DNA of 64,000 nucleotides from Halobacteriovoraceae bacterium (GCA_963719505.1 CAVRCF010000004.1:1-64000); one strand, 5' to 3'; positions 44,252 to 54,326 are shown, numbered from the stretch's first letter. Notes: generated from the sequence alone by a model not told the origin. Translations and numbers: made by a program.

Positions 44252-46403
44252 TCTCTTTCTGTAGCATAAGATTTTTGGATTTCTCTTCATCGTTTGGATT
44301 ATAGCTTGTTTCAATGGCCCAAGTTTCAGATAATTGTTTTCTCAAAGTTAGCGCACTAACAGTTTCCCAGTTTGTACCTATTTTAAAAGATGTATTTCCA
44401 GGTAAGCTAATGCTTGCTGTGTAAGACTTAGAACTTGGGTCATAGGCGACATACTCTATGGGAGTCGATGCAAAAGCCCAGATACTAAAAAGGCCTAATG
44501 CCCTGTCTGCTATAGCAGCTTCAGTGCCTCCGACACTTTGTCTTTGAGAGCCTGATATTGCATTTGCTTTTCTTTTAAAGATGAGTAAAGAAAGTATGTC
44601 CTCACGAGGAAGAGTAGGGTAGCTAGACAATATTAATTTTGGTTTTTCAAGTGTCCCTATTATTTTTAGATTGATCTTATAACCTGATGTGAAATAGCTG
44701 GAATTGATATTTATTTCTGTCTTTTCATTTTTCTTATTTTCTACAACAAACGAGTTTAAAAAAAGCTCTCGTTTAAGATAGGAGATTGTTACTTTCTTTG
44801 ACCCTTGAACCTTTACTGTTGTAAATTCGTTGTTAACTTGAGCGTTTAGTCCAAATGCCAAATAAGGTTTCAAAAGATAGTAGTAGATTCTTATAGACTG
44901 ACTTGATGTTGTGGTAACGCTAATATCATAGATCAGCGGGGTCTCTTTGCTTTTGGTATTAGGTCTCTGTATTTTTTTTTGTACTCTACTACTTCCAGAC
45001 AAATTTGGAATTCCACCTATAGGGTCTATTTTAGGGACGTTTACAACCACTTCATCAAGACTAAGGTTTCCTTTTAGGATTGGTTTAAGCTTATTTCGAG
45101 CTTGGAAATTCCCTTCAAAGTTTAGTTTTATGGCATTTTTCTTTTTGTCACTCAGGTCTATCTGAGCAACCAATGGAATATTATATCCATTTTTATTTAG
45201 GTCAAGCATCTTTTCTGACTTGAGATGAACTTTCCCTTCCATGGTATTGAAAGGCGCAAAAATGGCAAAGGAGGTCTCTTCTAATCTCTTTACTAATTTT
45301 TGGAACTTTTGAAAACGCAGATCCCACCTAAACTCATTGATGTTAGGGTTTAGAGAGCCTTCTACAATATCGACGGAGGCCTTTGCTTTAAAGTCGAGTT
45401 CAAAAAGCTCTTTTTGTTCACCAAAAGATTTGACACTCATCTTTATGGCCTGATCAGTCTTTTTGAAATCTATTGTATTTTTAAGATAAGAATCAACTTT
45501 CAAAGAAATTAACTTCTCGTTTGAAACAACAAGCATGATATCGGGACAAATGAAGTTGTGCTGGGGTGACTCTGTAACCTCAAAATGACAAGAGTCTAGC
45601 TTCACAACTGCTTGGGGAAGCTTTATAGCTGTTTTTTGTACTTGTAAATTAAAGTTCTCTTGAAAAGAAAGCTTTATTGTTGAGTCAATTTCGAAGTCAT
45701 CCAATGTAACTTTTGGATTTAGAGTTAATAATATATTTTCTTTAAGATGAAGGGTTATTTTACTGTTAACTTTAAAATCATCCTTTTTAACCTTTAGCAT
45801 CCCCGAGAAGGATTTATCTGATTTTTGGTCTAAATCTAATTCAACGGAAAGTATAGGGGAATTCATCCTTAAAAAAATCACATCTTTGTTGGCCAGAAAT
45901 TCTACATCAGTACCCTCGTCTATAGTGAAATTTTTTATCTTTACATTAACTTCTTGGGGGAGTCTCTTATTGATTTTGCTATAGAGGGCATAGACTTGCT
46001 GGTATAAGCTGTAAATATTGACCTGTGGAAGTTCTTCAGATTTTTTTTCAGTCTTGCCAAGCTCTCCTTTACTAATATTAATGTTCATTTTCTTGATTTC
46101 AATTTCTAGCGGTGAGAGTATGTTTATATTGAAATCTAAATCTAGGTTCTCCAGACATACTTTTGTTCTAGAGTATTCGATACATTGAGCTTTCGAAGTG
46201 AAAGTAATCTCTCTTTTGAACAATGAGCTATCTTCTATAGAGAGATCAATCTTGCTATAGTCTATGGCCAATTCTTTAACGTATTTATTAGTGATGTACT
46301 CGCTTACTTTTTTTATTGAATCGCCGCTAGTTGAAATAAAGTAGAGACCAATTGTGATGGAGACAATAATAATAGCGAATAAAAGGAGAAATATTTTTTT
46401 CAA
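44241..46403 (-). CDS. tamB: TamB-like translocation/assembly module protein
   Basis: N-terminal anchor, beta-rich body, GTLEKPKLILSSYPTLPREDILSLLIF (DUF490-like); downstream of an Omp85 gene. Confidence 0.78.
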   Translation of the reverse strand: MKKIFLLLFAIIIVSITIGLYFISTSGDSIKKVSEYITNKYVKELAIDYSKIDLSIEDSSLFKREITFTSKAQCIEYSRTKVCLENLDLDFNINILSPLEIEIKKMNINISKGELGKTEKKSEELPQVNIYSLYQQVYALYSKINKRLPQEVNVKIKNFTIDEGTDVEFLANKDVIFLRMNSPILSVELDLDQKSDKSFSGMLKVKKDDFKVNSKITLHLKENILLTLNPKVTLDDFEIDSTIKLSFQENFNLQVQKTAIKLPQAVVKLDSCHFEVTESPQHNFICPDIMLVVSNEKLISLKVDSYLKNTIDFKKTDQAIKMSVKSFGEQKELFELDFKAKASVDIVEGSLNPNINEFRWDLRFQKFQKLVKRLEETSFAIFAPFNTMEGKVHLKSEKMLDLNKNGYNIPLVAQIDLSDKKKNAIKLNFEGNFQARNKLKPILKGNLSLDEVVVNVPKIDPIGGIPNLSGSSRVQKKIQRPNTKSKETPLIYDISVTTTSSQSIRIYYYLLKPYLAFGLNAQVNNEFTTVKVQGSKKVTISYLKRELFLNSFVVENKKNEKTEININSSYFTSGYKINLKIIGTLEKPKLILSSYPTLPREDILSLLIFKRKANAISGSQRQSVGGTEAAIADRALGLFSIWAFASTPIEYVAYDPSSKSYTASISLPGNTSFKIGTNWETVSALTLRKQLSETWAIETSYNPNDEEKSKNLMLQKEINF

Positions 46404-48097
46404 AATTCTCTCCCATAGCTTAAATAAAAAACATACTGTTGGTCCTCATTCTCAACTCCGTTTTGAATAAGACCATTGGCCAGAGTCGTTCTGAAACTTC
46501 CAAATGGGCTTTGCCATCTCAGTCCCACTCCAGGTGAGTAGTATAGAGTGGGCGTAAGAGATGACTGGGAGAATCCCACCTTTGCAAGGTCGATAAAAGC
46601 CAAAGGTTGTAAATTAAACGGTAGAACATGGGTGAAACGACTTTCAAACCCAAGGTACGCTGTTGTTGTATAACCTTGTTCATCGTTGTTAAGAGACTTT
46701 CTTGAGAAACCTCTAATATTATTTTCACCACCAAGGTAGAGTCTATACTTTTGAGGAGTAAGGTCTTCTTCCTCGATAAGAATAGTTTTGTAGTGATACC
46801 TCATACCTAGAATGATGTTCGGCGGGCTAAAATTTCCAAGGTTGATCAGACTTGTACCAGTCAATTCAATGAGGTTTCCATTGATCTGTTCCCCAGTGAC
46901 TGTTTCTCCAGAAAAATACGTATTCTTGAGCTTTACTTCTTTACCTCTTCTGGGGGACGCCAAGAAGTATTCAAAGTAGTGGTCCAGAATATTAAAAGAT
47001 GTCTCCAGAGCAAAGAAATTTGACTCCCCAGGAGCTTCACCCTCATCTTGGACTTCTTTCGTTCTTGTTGGCGTGACAGAAAAAATAAATTGCGAGTCAT
47101 CTAGGTCGATAGAGTTACCAGCTTCAATACCTACCGTTTGACTCCTTGTCTTGTAGAACTGTTCTGTAATAATTTCTACTCGACCAAAGGGTTTAAAATA
47201 AAGAGCTGGTATTGATTCAGACGTGAAGAAGTTTGTCCCGAATTCAATACTTTGCTCTATAGAAGAAAGATAAAGAGTTGATTCTAGTCTTGAACCCATT
47301 TTATTGAGTCGAGAATTATTCCAAGTGACCTTAAATATTGGAAGCTCCTCTGTTGAAGCACCAACACCCATTATAATCGTATTGGGCTTATTTAGAGTGA
47401 TCTTCTGGGTTAATGTCTCTGGCTGGTTACACGAGTGGTTAAAGTAGGCGTAAGAGACCAAGCCTGAATTCGTTAGCCTTCGAGAGGTTAGGGCGAGATA
47501 GTCACCATTGTACCAATCACCTTCTTCTAAAGCATCGTGCCTTTTATAACTATTGGCATTTAACGGTGATGAAAAGTCTCTCTCAATAGACTTTACCCGG
47601 TAGCGTTCACCTGGACTAATATCGACCAAAACTTTTCCAGTAAGATACGAAGCTTTAATTTCTACTTGGTTGCAAGGATATCCTAGTGTCTCTAGACGGC
47701 CTTTGGCCCAGTTCTCAATTTCATCTAGATTCTCTTCTGTTAAGTCTTCTCCGGTACTACCTTGGTAGACTTCATTACCAAACATTGGAGGTTCGTTTAA
47801 AAATTCAATTTCTTTGATTTTTGATTTCGTCCCAATATCTATGACAAATTTCTCTGCCTTTTTTTGTATTGTTGGTTGGTAATAGCCTTTTAAAGAAAGA
47901 AAGTTTTTTATCGTCGTTTTGGCCTGAGAAATAGGTATAGTATTCCATCCCTCACTCTTAGATCCGCAGATGAAGATCTTTTCGTTTTTTGTAAAACTGA
48001 CGATTTCTTCTTTAAAAAAATAGGGATCACAAATTTCCTCTAACGCAAAAGCTGAGTAGAAAGGAATAAAAATGATCAAGCTTAAAATGTATTTCAT
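46400..48097 (-). CDS. tamA: Omp85 family outer membrane protein (TamA/BamA-like)
   Basis: Signal peptide, POTRA-like region, LGGENNIRGF, GVGLRWQSPFG, terminal Phe. Confidence 0.85.
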   Translation of the reverse strand: MKYILSLIIFIPFYSAFALEEICDPYFFKEEIVSFTKNEKIFICGSKSEGWNTIPISQAKTTIKNFLSLKGYYQPTIQKKAEKFVIDIGTKSKIKEIEFLNEPPMFGNEVYQGSTGEDLTEENLDEIENWAKGRLETLGYPCNQVEIKASYLTGKVLVDISPGERYRVKSIERDFSSPLNANSYKRHDALEEGDWYNGDYLALTSRRLTNSGLVSYAYFNHSCNQPETLTQKITLNKPNTIIMGVGASTEELPIFKVTWNNSRLNKMGSRLESTLYLSSIEQSIEFGTNFFTSESIPALYFKPFGRVEIITEQFYKTRSQTVGIEAGNSIDLDDSQFIFSVTPTRTKEVQDEGEAPGESNFFALETSFNILDHYFEYFLASPRRGKEVKLKNTYFSGETVTGEQINGNLIELTGTSLINLGNFSPPNIILGMRYHYKTILIEEEDLTPQKYRLYLGGENNIRGFSRKSLNNDEQGYTTTAYLGFESRFTHVLPFNLQPLAFIDLAKVGFSQSSLTPTLYYSPGVGLRWQSPFGSFRTTLANGLIQNGVENEDQQYVFYLSYGREF

Positions 48098-48242
48098 TCC
48101 TTAATGTCATCCTTTTTTTGTGACTATAGGACCTTACCATTAGGAAAAAAAAATGAAAAGTGACCTTGACACTTAAAAGAGTGAATCCATCTTTTTTAAA
48201 GAAGGAATACAAGCCTTTTAAACAAAATAACAAGGAGAAAGT

Positions 48243-48629
48243 ATGAGAACAGCACTTTTAACACGTGACGGAGTTCAATTTAAGCCTGAATATTTTGAGA
48301 CGTCAAAAAGCTCATTCGGTGCACAAGTAAAAGAGACCGATAAAATGGTTTTGGCCTCAATAGAAATGCCTGGGGTTGATGAATCATCTTTAGACTTAAA
48401 AGTTGAGGATCAGCGTTTAATTATCAAAGGTGAGAAAATAGAGGGGATTTCTAATAGTGTATCGACTATATCTAGGAGTATCTCTCTGTCTAAAGATATT
48501 GACAGCGATAAAATCGAGGCTACATTAAAAAATGGTATTCTTTATTTAGTTTTTCCTAAAATCGTAAAACCAGAAGCAAAAAAAGTTACGCTTTCAAAAG
48601 ATATTGATCTAGAGCGACTTTTAAACTGA
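48243..48629 (+). CDS. Hsp20/alpha-crystallin small heat shock protein
   Basis: EMPGVD, I.GEK, IEATLKNGILYLVFPK; AAGGAG RBS. Confidence 0.92.
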   Translation: MRTALLTRDGVQFKPEYFETSKSSFGAQVKETDKMVLASIEMPGVDESSLDLKVEDQRLIIKGEKIEGISNSVSTISRSISLSKDIDSDKIEATLKNGILYLVFPKIVKPEAKKVTLSKDIDLERLLN

Positions 48630-48632
48630 TAC

Positions 48633-48658
48633 AAAGGGGAGTTTCATCTCCCCTTTTT
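48633..48658. terminator. Intrinsic terminator (bidirectional)
   Basis: aaaGGGGAG-tttcat-CTCCCCttttt between convergent genes. Confidence 0.8.
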
Positions 48659-48666
48659 AAAACTCT

Positions 48667-49101
48667 TTAAATATTACTCATACCTTCACGGTATTGTTGC
48701 CCTTGCGACTTTTTTTGTCTTTGTGAAAAAGCTATTCCAGCAGAGACAAAAATTTCTTTTTCTTCTTCCTCCAGATGGTGCCTGACTCTTTGAGCAAGAT
48801 TTTTAGCCGTAGCAAGCCAACCTGAACTGGAGAAATCAGTCGTTTCTAATTCCTTTATGAAGTCATCAATTTCTTTATGTTCAGCGATACTATGTCTGGC
48901 TTTTAGTTGTGTGTTATCTTGTTCAAGCATAGGCTTGTAGAGAGCCCTCTCTTCATATTTTGCGTGGGCTTTGAGTTGGTCTTTTAATTCGGCAAAAATC
49001 TTTTGCCTTCCTTCACTATTTCCTTCTGTTTCAAGAAGCATATCTAGGAGCTCCCTGATGAGATCGTGATCTTCTCTTAGTTCTTCGAATATTGTTTTCA
49101 T
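48667..49101 (-). CDS. Hemerythrin/HHE domain protein
   Basis: LREDH, HAKYEE..LY, EHKEI, HHLEEEE.EIF. Confidence 0.9.
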   Translation of the reverse strand: MKTIFEELREDHDLIRELLDMLLETEGNSEGRQKIFAELKDQLKAHAKYEERALYKPMLEQDNTQLKARHSIAEHKEIDDFIKELETTDFSSSGWLATAKNLAQRVRHHLEEEEKEIFVSAGIAFSQRQKKSQGQQYREGMSNI

Positions 49102-49256
49102 CGACGTCCTTGTGCTATTGGTTTAGTCTTCATTGACACTCCAAGAAGAGTTACATCTATTAAACAGTATATAAAAATTTTATTCATTTTAGATCATTTT
49201 AAACTATGTGTAGTTTCGTTCAAGACTGACAGCTAAATATCTGTTATTTTGTTAAG

Positions 49257-50552
49257 ATGAATAAATTGAGAAGAAAATTAGCTTATTTATTACAAGAGAT
49301 TCGGTCAAGTTATTGGTTCTTGCCTGGTGTAATGGTTACAGTGGCATTTCTTTTGTCTTTATTTGCTATTGAACTCGATAGGAGTGCCCCCAAGGACTTT
49401 ATAGACTCTTTATCATGGGCCTTCACCGATGATCCAGAAGCAGCGAGAGTCATTTTAAGTACAATCGCAACCGCTACTATGGGAGTGGCAGGGGTGACTT
49501 TTTCAATGACCTTATTGGCAATTTCTTTTGCTGCGTCGCAAATTGGACAAAGAATACTTTCTGGCTTTATGAGAGACAAAGGAAACCAATTTACGTTAGG
49601 TGTTTTTATTTCAACATTTGTTTATTGTATTATGGTCTTGAGAACAGTCTACAGTTCTTCTTCCGGGCAACCTTTTGTTCCAAACTTATCAATTGTTCTT
49701 GCTATTGGATTTTCAATACTAAGCATCTTCGTTCTGATTTACTTTATTAACCATATTCCAACGATGATGAATATGACGAATTCTGTTAATAGGACCGGAA
49801 AGCAATTGATAAAAAGTATTGAAATTCAATTTCCAAAAAAAATGGGACAAGAAGCTGATAAAGATGAAGACTTCTTTTCAAAGTCAGGAGATCCAGTTGA
49901 GATAAGAGCAAGAGGTATGGGGTATATTGAATACATAAACTACGAAGTTCTTTTGGAGACATGTGACGAATATGATCTGCTTGTCGAGATTGTAAAAAAG
50001 CCTGGTGACTTTGTCTCGAAGGAAATAACAGTCGCGCACGTTTATTGCTCAAAAGAAATTAGTAATGAGGTAAAATTGAAAGTATCGGAAACCTTTATCG
50101 AGGGAGTCATCCGATCTTATGAGCAAGATATTCGTTTTCCTGGTAATCTTTTGCTAGAGATTGCTGCAAGAGCTTTGTCTCCCGGTATCAATGATCCCTT
50201 TACGGCAATGGACTGCATTAACCAGCTTCAAACAGGGCTTCTTTTCATGCAAAATAGAGATAAGCCAAAAAGATTTAGAAAAGGAAATGATAAAAAAATA
50301 AGAGTTGTGGCTGAGCCTTTAACCTATGAAGAGTTTTTAGAAGATACGCTCAATTCTCTAAGAGGCTTCGTCAAGCGAGACTTTATCTGCTCTAGACACT
50401 TAATGCAGCTTATTCGCCTTCTTAACGATAGTGATCAAGCTGGAAGAGATCAAATTTATAAGCAGCATTCAAAACAACTTGCTCAAAGTTTTATGGATAA
50501 TACAAAAGATGAAATGAATATTAGAGCCATAAATGACTTGAGAATTTCTTAA
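49257..50552 (+). CDS. DUF2254 membrane protein
   Basis: SYWFLP, GVTFSMT, LG.FI.TFVY, RALSPGINDPFTA. Confidence 0.9.
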   Translation: MNKLRRKLAYLLQEIRSSYWFLPGVMVTVAFLLSLFAIELDRSAPKDFIDSLSWAFTDDPEAARVILSTIATATMGVAGVTFSMTLLAISFAASQIGQRILSGFMRDKGNQFTLGVFISTFVYCIMVLRTVYSSSSGQPFVPNLSIVLAIGFSILSIFVLIYFINHIPTMMNMTNSVNRTGKQLIKSIEIQFPKKMGQEADKDEDFFSKSGDPVEIRARGMGYIEYINYEVLLETCDEYDLLVEIVKKPGDFVSKEITVAHVYCSKEISNEVKLKVSETFIEGVIRSYEQDIRFPGNLLLEIAARALSPGINDPFTAMDCINQLQTGLLFMQNRDKPKRFRKGNDKKIRVVAEPLTYEEFLEDTLNSLRGFVKRDFICSRHLMQLIRLLNDSDQAGRDQIYKQHSKQLAQSFMDNTKDEMNIRAINDLRIS

Positions 50553-50558
50553 TACCTT

Positions 50559-51182
50559 TTAATTTATATCATTGATAAAGCTATTAGCTTGCTGATTGGA
50601 CTCATCAATTTGACCGATGAGAGACACAATATCTTGTTCAATATTTTTTAACTCAATTTTTATTTTTCCTATCGCTTTAGCATTTAGATTGTGCTTTAGA
50701 TAAAGGACTCTGTCGTTGAGCTTCACTAAGACCTTTGTCATCTTGGATTCAACCTTTCTTACACTCTTCAAAGCGACCTTAAATTTAGTCATTGTTATGA
50801 CTCTCTTTCTCAAAGATTCAGCTCGAAATTTGGAATTTGTAATTTTAGACGCTTCATCTTCCCACTCATCAAAGAGGTCCTCAGCAATATTTTTTGCTTT
50901 ATCTATACTTTTACTTAGATCTTCTGCATTAGAATGCAAATCATTGTAGTCATCAGATAAGTCATCATAAGTACTTTCTAGGCTGCCCTCTTTATAACTG
51001 TATTCGCTGCGTATTTTTGAGAGGGTATCTTTAAAATCTTCCTTTGTATCGGTTTGGTTGCTTGTTATCGCTTCCATCTCAGATTGTAGAAGTTCTCTTT
51101 TTTCTTGGCCCAAAAATTCCCAGAAGTTATAGTAAACAGTTGAACAACTCGTACACAATAGAAAAATCAGGAAGTATTTCAT
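50559..51182 (-). CDS. DUF2959-family lipoprotein
   Basis: Lipobox TSC; YY..WE..G.EKRE, LFDEWE.E, VLYLKHNLNAKAI. Confidence 0.85.
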   Translation of the reverse strand: MKYFLIFLLCTSCSTVYYNFWEFLGQEKRELLQSEMEAITSNQTDTKEDFKDTLSKIRSEYSYKEGSLESTYDDLSDDYNDLHSNAEDLSKSIDKAKNIAEDLFDEWEDEASKITNSKFRAESLRKRVITMTKFKVALKSVRKVESKMTKVLVKLNDRVLYLKHNLNAKAIGKIKIELKNIEQDIVSLIGQIDESNQQANSFINDIN

Positions 51183-51337
51183 CTTTTAGCAATAATCCAA
51201 ACGGCATGGATAACACCAGGAAGATAACCCAAGAGTGTGAGTAGAATATTTAACCAGAAAGCTCCACCTAAGCCCACTTGTAGAAAAACACCAAGTGGTG
51301 GTAATAAGACAGAAAATAAAATTCTAATAAAGTCCAT
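51179..51337 (-). CDS. yqaE: YqaE/Pmp3 family membrane proteolipid (52 aa, not in ORF track)
   Basis: Hand translation MDFIRILFSVLLPPLGVFLQVGLGGAFWLNILLTLLGYLPGVIHAVWIIAKR; ATGA overlap with the next gene. Confidence 0.92.
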   Translation of the reverse strand: MDFIRILFSVLLPPLGVFLQVGLGGAFWLNILLTLLGYLPGVIHAVWIIAKR

Positions 51338-52714
51338 TTAAACACTCCTAACAGTAATTGTTTTTATATTTACAAATTCTTTTATGCCATTTTCTGAAAG
51401 CTCTCTTCCATGACCACTCATTTTTATTCCACCAAACGGTAGGAGAGGGTTTGACTTTACATAGTCGTTAACAGAGCAATTGCCAGTTTTTATAAGCTTT
51501 GTTGCGATATGAGTAGCTTTATCAATATCTTTTGAAAAGACTCCGCCTCCAAGGCCAAATTCGGTATCATTTGCAATCTCTAAAGCCTCATCTAATGATT
51601 CGTATTTATATAGACAAGCTACAGGCCCAAATATCTCTTGGGAGTAGGCCGGCATATTCTTCGTTACATGAGTTAGTATCGTAGGTGGATAGTAAAAACC
51701 TTCTCCTGATTGTATATTTCCACCTGTGACAGGCTTGGCACCAAGTTCAATTGACTTGGTTACTATATCGTGAAGCTCCTCTCTTAGGTCTTCTCGAGCA
51801 ATTGGCCCAATATCGACATCTTCTTCAAGAGGATCACCAATTTTCTTTGACTCAAAATCCGCTTTTAACTTCTCAAGGAAGGTATCATAGACAGTTGAGT
51901 GAACAATAAATCTCTTCGCAGCGATACAACTTTGCCCATTATTCAAAAGTCTACTTTCGGAGCACTTTGAAACAGCCAGGTCAATATCAGCATCTTCTAA
52001 AATGAGATAGGGATCATTTCCACCAAGTTCAAGAACGATCTTTTTAAGATTTTCTCCAGCTATCTTGGCCACTTTAATACCGGCTTCTGTACTTCCCGTT
52101 ATCGTAACAGCGGCAACATCTTTGTGGGCTATTAGAGGTTCTATTTCATTTGAATCAGTGACCGTCGATTGAAATACACCTTTTGGGAATTGAGCATTTT
52201 CAAATAGCTCTTGAATTAAAAGAGAACATCCAGAAACGTTGGATGCGTGTTTTAAAAGAGCTGTGTTCCCTGCCATAAGAGTCGGGGCAGCAAATCGAAA
52301 AACCTGCCAAAGTGGAAAGTTCCAGGGCATTATAGCGAGGATAAGTCCAAGGGGTTGGTAGGTGACAAAACTTTTATCATTTTCAGTTTTTACTTCTTTG
52401 TCTTTGAGAAAATCATGTGCGTTTTCGGCGTAGTACTCACAAACCTTTGCGCATTTTTCTACTTCACCTTTTGATTGTTTAATTGGCTTCCCCATTTCTT
52501 TGGTCATAAGAGCCGCAATTTCATCTTTTCTGTCAATTAAGCTTTCCTTTAGATTTTTAAAAAGTTCAGCTCTTTTTTCAAAGCTTGTTTCTTCCCACTT
52601 TGAACTTACGGACTTTGATAGTTTGATAAGGTGAAGATTGTGATTTAATCCATTTTTTTTATATTCTTCTAATGTCTTTCCATTAGAAGGATTAATTGAC
52701 CTTGTGTTGCTCAT
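51338..52714 (-). CDS. NAD(P)-dependent succinate-semialdehyde dehydrogenase
   Basis: IMPWNFP, LELGG, NNGQSCIAAKR, EIFGP, PFGG.K.SG.GRE. Confidence 0.92.
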   Translation of the reverse strand: MSNTRSINPSNGKTLEEYKKNGLNHNLHLIKLSKSVSSKWEETSFEKRAELFKNLKESLIDRKDEIAALMTKEMGKPIKQSKGEVEKCAKVCEYYAENAHDFLKDKEVKTENDKSFVTYQPLGLILAIMPWNFPLWQVFRFAAPTLMAGNTALLKHASNVSGCSLLIQELFENAQFPKGVFQSTVTDSNEIEPLIAHKDVAAVTITGSTEAGIKVAKIAGENLKKIVLELGGNDPYLILEDADIDLAVSKCSESRLLNNGQSCIAAKRFIVHSTVYDTFLEKLKADFESKKIGDPLEEDVDIGPIAREDLREELHDIVTKSIELGAKPVTGGNIQSGEGFYYPPTILTHVTKNMPAYSQEIFGPVACLYKYESLDEALEIANDTEFGLGGGVFSKDIDKATHIATKLIKTGNCSVNDYVKSNPLLPFGGIKMSGHGRELSENGIKEFVNIKTITVRSV

Positions 52715-52838
52715 AAGACTCCTCTTCTAATATTGTGGCATCGATCAGCATTTCTAAGGTCTTGATAAATGCACTTTTATCGAACTCTCTAGGTTCATTT
52801 AAAAGTTCTACTTCTGAAAAATAATTCTCTATGTTCAT
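52692..52838 (-). CDS. Small acidic protein (48 aa, not in ORF track)
   Basis: AGGAG RBS; MNIENYFSEVELLNEPREFDKSAFIKTLEMLIDATILEEESYEQHKVN overlaps the SSADH start. Confidence 0.55.
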   Translation of the reverse strand: MNIENYFSEVELLNEPREFDKSAFIKTLEMLIDATILEEESYEQHKVN

Positions 52839-52904
52839 CGTGATCTCTCCTGAAGTGATCATAGCCTAGAAATTTTTAAATAATTACACCAATTTGGAAT
52901 TTGA

Positions 52905-52922
52905 TGTTTAATTTTGTACACA
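52905..52922. promoter_or_regulatory. 18-bp motif (rc TGTGTACAAAATTAAACA)
   Basis: 67 bp upstream of the small ORF-SSADH-yqaE-DUF2959 operon. Confidence 0.5.
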
Positions 52923-52942
52923 TGTTTAAAATGGGACTGCAC

Positions 52943-53854
52943 TCAATTCAAATCCCTAATGTACTGATCTCTTTTATCTGGGGAAGCTTTTGCAATTGCC
53001 ATTTTGGCTGCTTGTTTATATTTAACTAACTTTTTTGAGGCTTTATAACTTAAAGCGAGATTGAACCATGCTTCAGGGAAATTTTCTTTTAGATCAATAG
53101 CTCTTTCATAGTTTTTTATCGCTAAAGTGAGTGAGTTTTTCTTAAAATAGATATTTCCAAGCCCGTAGTATGCAATTTCGCTGCTAGGCCATTTCCGTGT
53201 AATCGACTCATATGTTTTGATTGCGGCTTTGTAAGACTTTATATTTTCAAATGCTGCCGCTGATCTGACCAAATCCATCGCTGAAGCATTTTGTGACATC
53301 ATTCCAGGTTTGATGATTGAGAATGCCCAAAAGTTTGCTCTCTCCCAACTATTGTCAAAGTCTACTAGCTTCATGGTGCTATCTTTATCAGCTCCTGAAT
53401 GCATTGTGATGGTCTGTTGCTGCTTATCATAGCCGGTGATGACGGAGTAGTGCCAAAGGGGTACCCAATCAAATCCTAAGTTTCTGAAGACAATAACGGG
53501 GTTTCCAGAAGATATTTCTTGAAAAAGATCTGCATAGTTCTCAATAGGGATTGTTATAAATTGGTTAAGTCTAGCTGCAGAAATCATATCTTGTTGGAAT
53601 GTCCCACTGGCAGATTGGACAAATAAAAGTTTCGACAGTTGCTCTGCTGATACATCCTTCCCATAAAACTGCATAACCATCGCCAGTGTTGATGGGCCAC
53701 AAAAATCTTTTTTTTGGGAAATGAAAGGGACATTCTGGACTTGGGCTGATGGAGGTAGATTATCGATTCTTTTCTGATTGCTAGGAGAGTGTGCAACAAT
53801 TGATGCACACCCTATGATATTAAACAGACTTAAAAGTAATAAAACTTTTATCAT
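52943..53854 (-). CDS. PA2778-family C39-like cysteine peptidase with TPR repeats
   Basis: VPFISQ...CGP..LAM, NLG..W.P.WHYSV..GYD, C-terminal TPRs; lipobox IGC. Confidence 0.88.
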   Translation of the reverse strand: MIKVLLLLSLFNIIGCASIVAHSPSNQKRIDNLPPSAQVQNVPFISQKKDFCGPSTLAMVMQFYGKDVSAEQLSKLLFVQSASGTFQQDMISAARLNQFITIPIENYADLFQEISSGNPVIVFRNLGFDWVPLWHYSVITGYDKQQQTITMHSGADKDSTMKLVDFDNSWERANFWAFSIIKPGMMSQNASAMDLVRSAAAFENIKSYKAAIKTYESITRKWPSSEIAYYGLGNIYFKKNSLTLAIKNYERAIDLKENFPEAWFNLALSYKASKKLVKYKQAAKMAIAKASPDKRDQYIRDLN

Positions 53855-54219
53855 ATTTTTTGAGCTAAATATATAATCAGAAGTACAAGCACAACTGTAA
53901 CTAAGATTCCTCCTGCTTTAGCTTGGTTCATGTTCTTCTGTAAACTTTGAATCTCAGCGTCACTTAAACTTGCAAGTTTGGAGTCAATTTGATTTACACT
54001 AAAGCCATTTGATGCAATTAGAGAAGCTGCTTCTTCTGTCTTCAGCAGTGTTGCAAGTTCTTTTTCCGTCGCTTTCCTGTCCATAGCATTTACCATGTCC
54101 ATAGTAGAGATGATTTCGACTCTGTTATGTGATTGAGAGGCATGGGCAATAGGTTGATTGATATTAAAAAATACAATACTTAAAATTATGCATAAACCGC
54201 CACGAAAATTTGTTCTCAT
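53851..54219 (-). CDS. PA2779-family protein
   Basis: Signal peptide, LASLSDAEI..L, AGG followed by a hydrophobic tail; upstream of PA2778. Confidence 0.85.
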   Translation of the reverse strand: MRTNFRGGLCIILSIVFFNINQPIAHASQSHNRVEIISTMDMVNAMDRKATEKELATLLKTEEAASLIASNGFSVNQIDSKLASLSDAEIQSLQKNMNQAKAGGILVTVVLVLLIIYLAQKI

Positions 54220-54308
54220 TGAAATTCTCCTTTATTATTTTTCAATTAAGCTTTGTCTAGCATTTTAGCCCCAAAGTGAGGCAAATATGTGATGTGAATA
54301 TGTACTTA

Positions 54309-54326
54309 TGTGTAGATATTTACACA
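54309..54326. promoter_or_regulatory. Near-perfect 18-bp palindrome TGTGTAGATATTTACACA
   Basis: 90 bp upstream of PA2779. Confidence 0.6.

Larger units (their letters stand above)
22058..44485. repeat. Right (intact) arm of the giant inverted repeat
   Basis: Same genes as 1-22048 in reverse complement, with uninterrupted ORFs. Confidence 0.97.

Noticed and set aside
48166-48190. CIRCE element upstream of hsp20 (ttgacactt-aaaa-gagtgaatc)
   Set aside because: Spacer and arms do not fit TTAGCACTC-N9-GAGTGCTAA; more simply a TTGACA -35 box.
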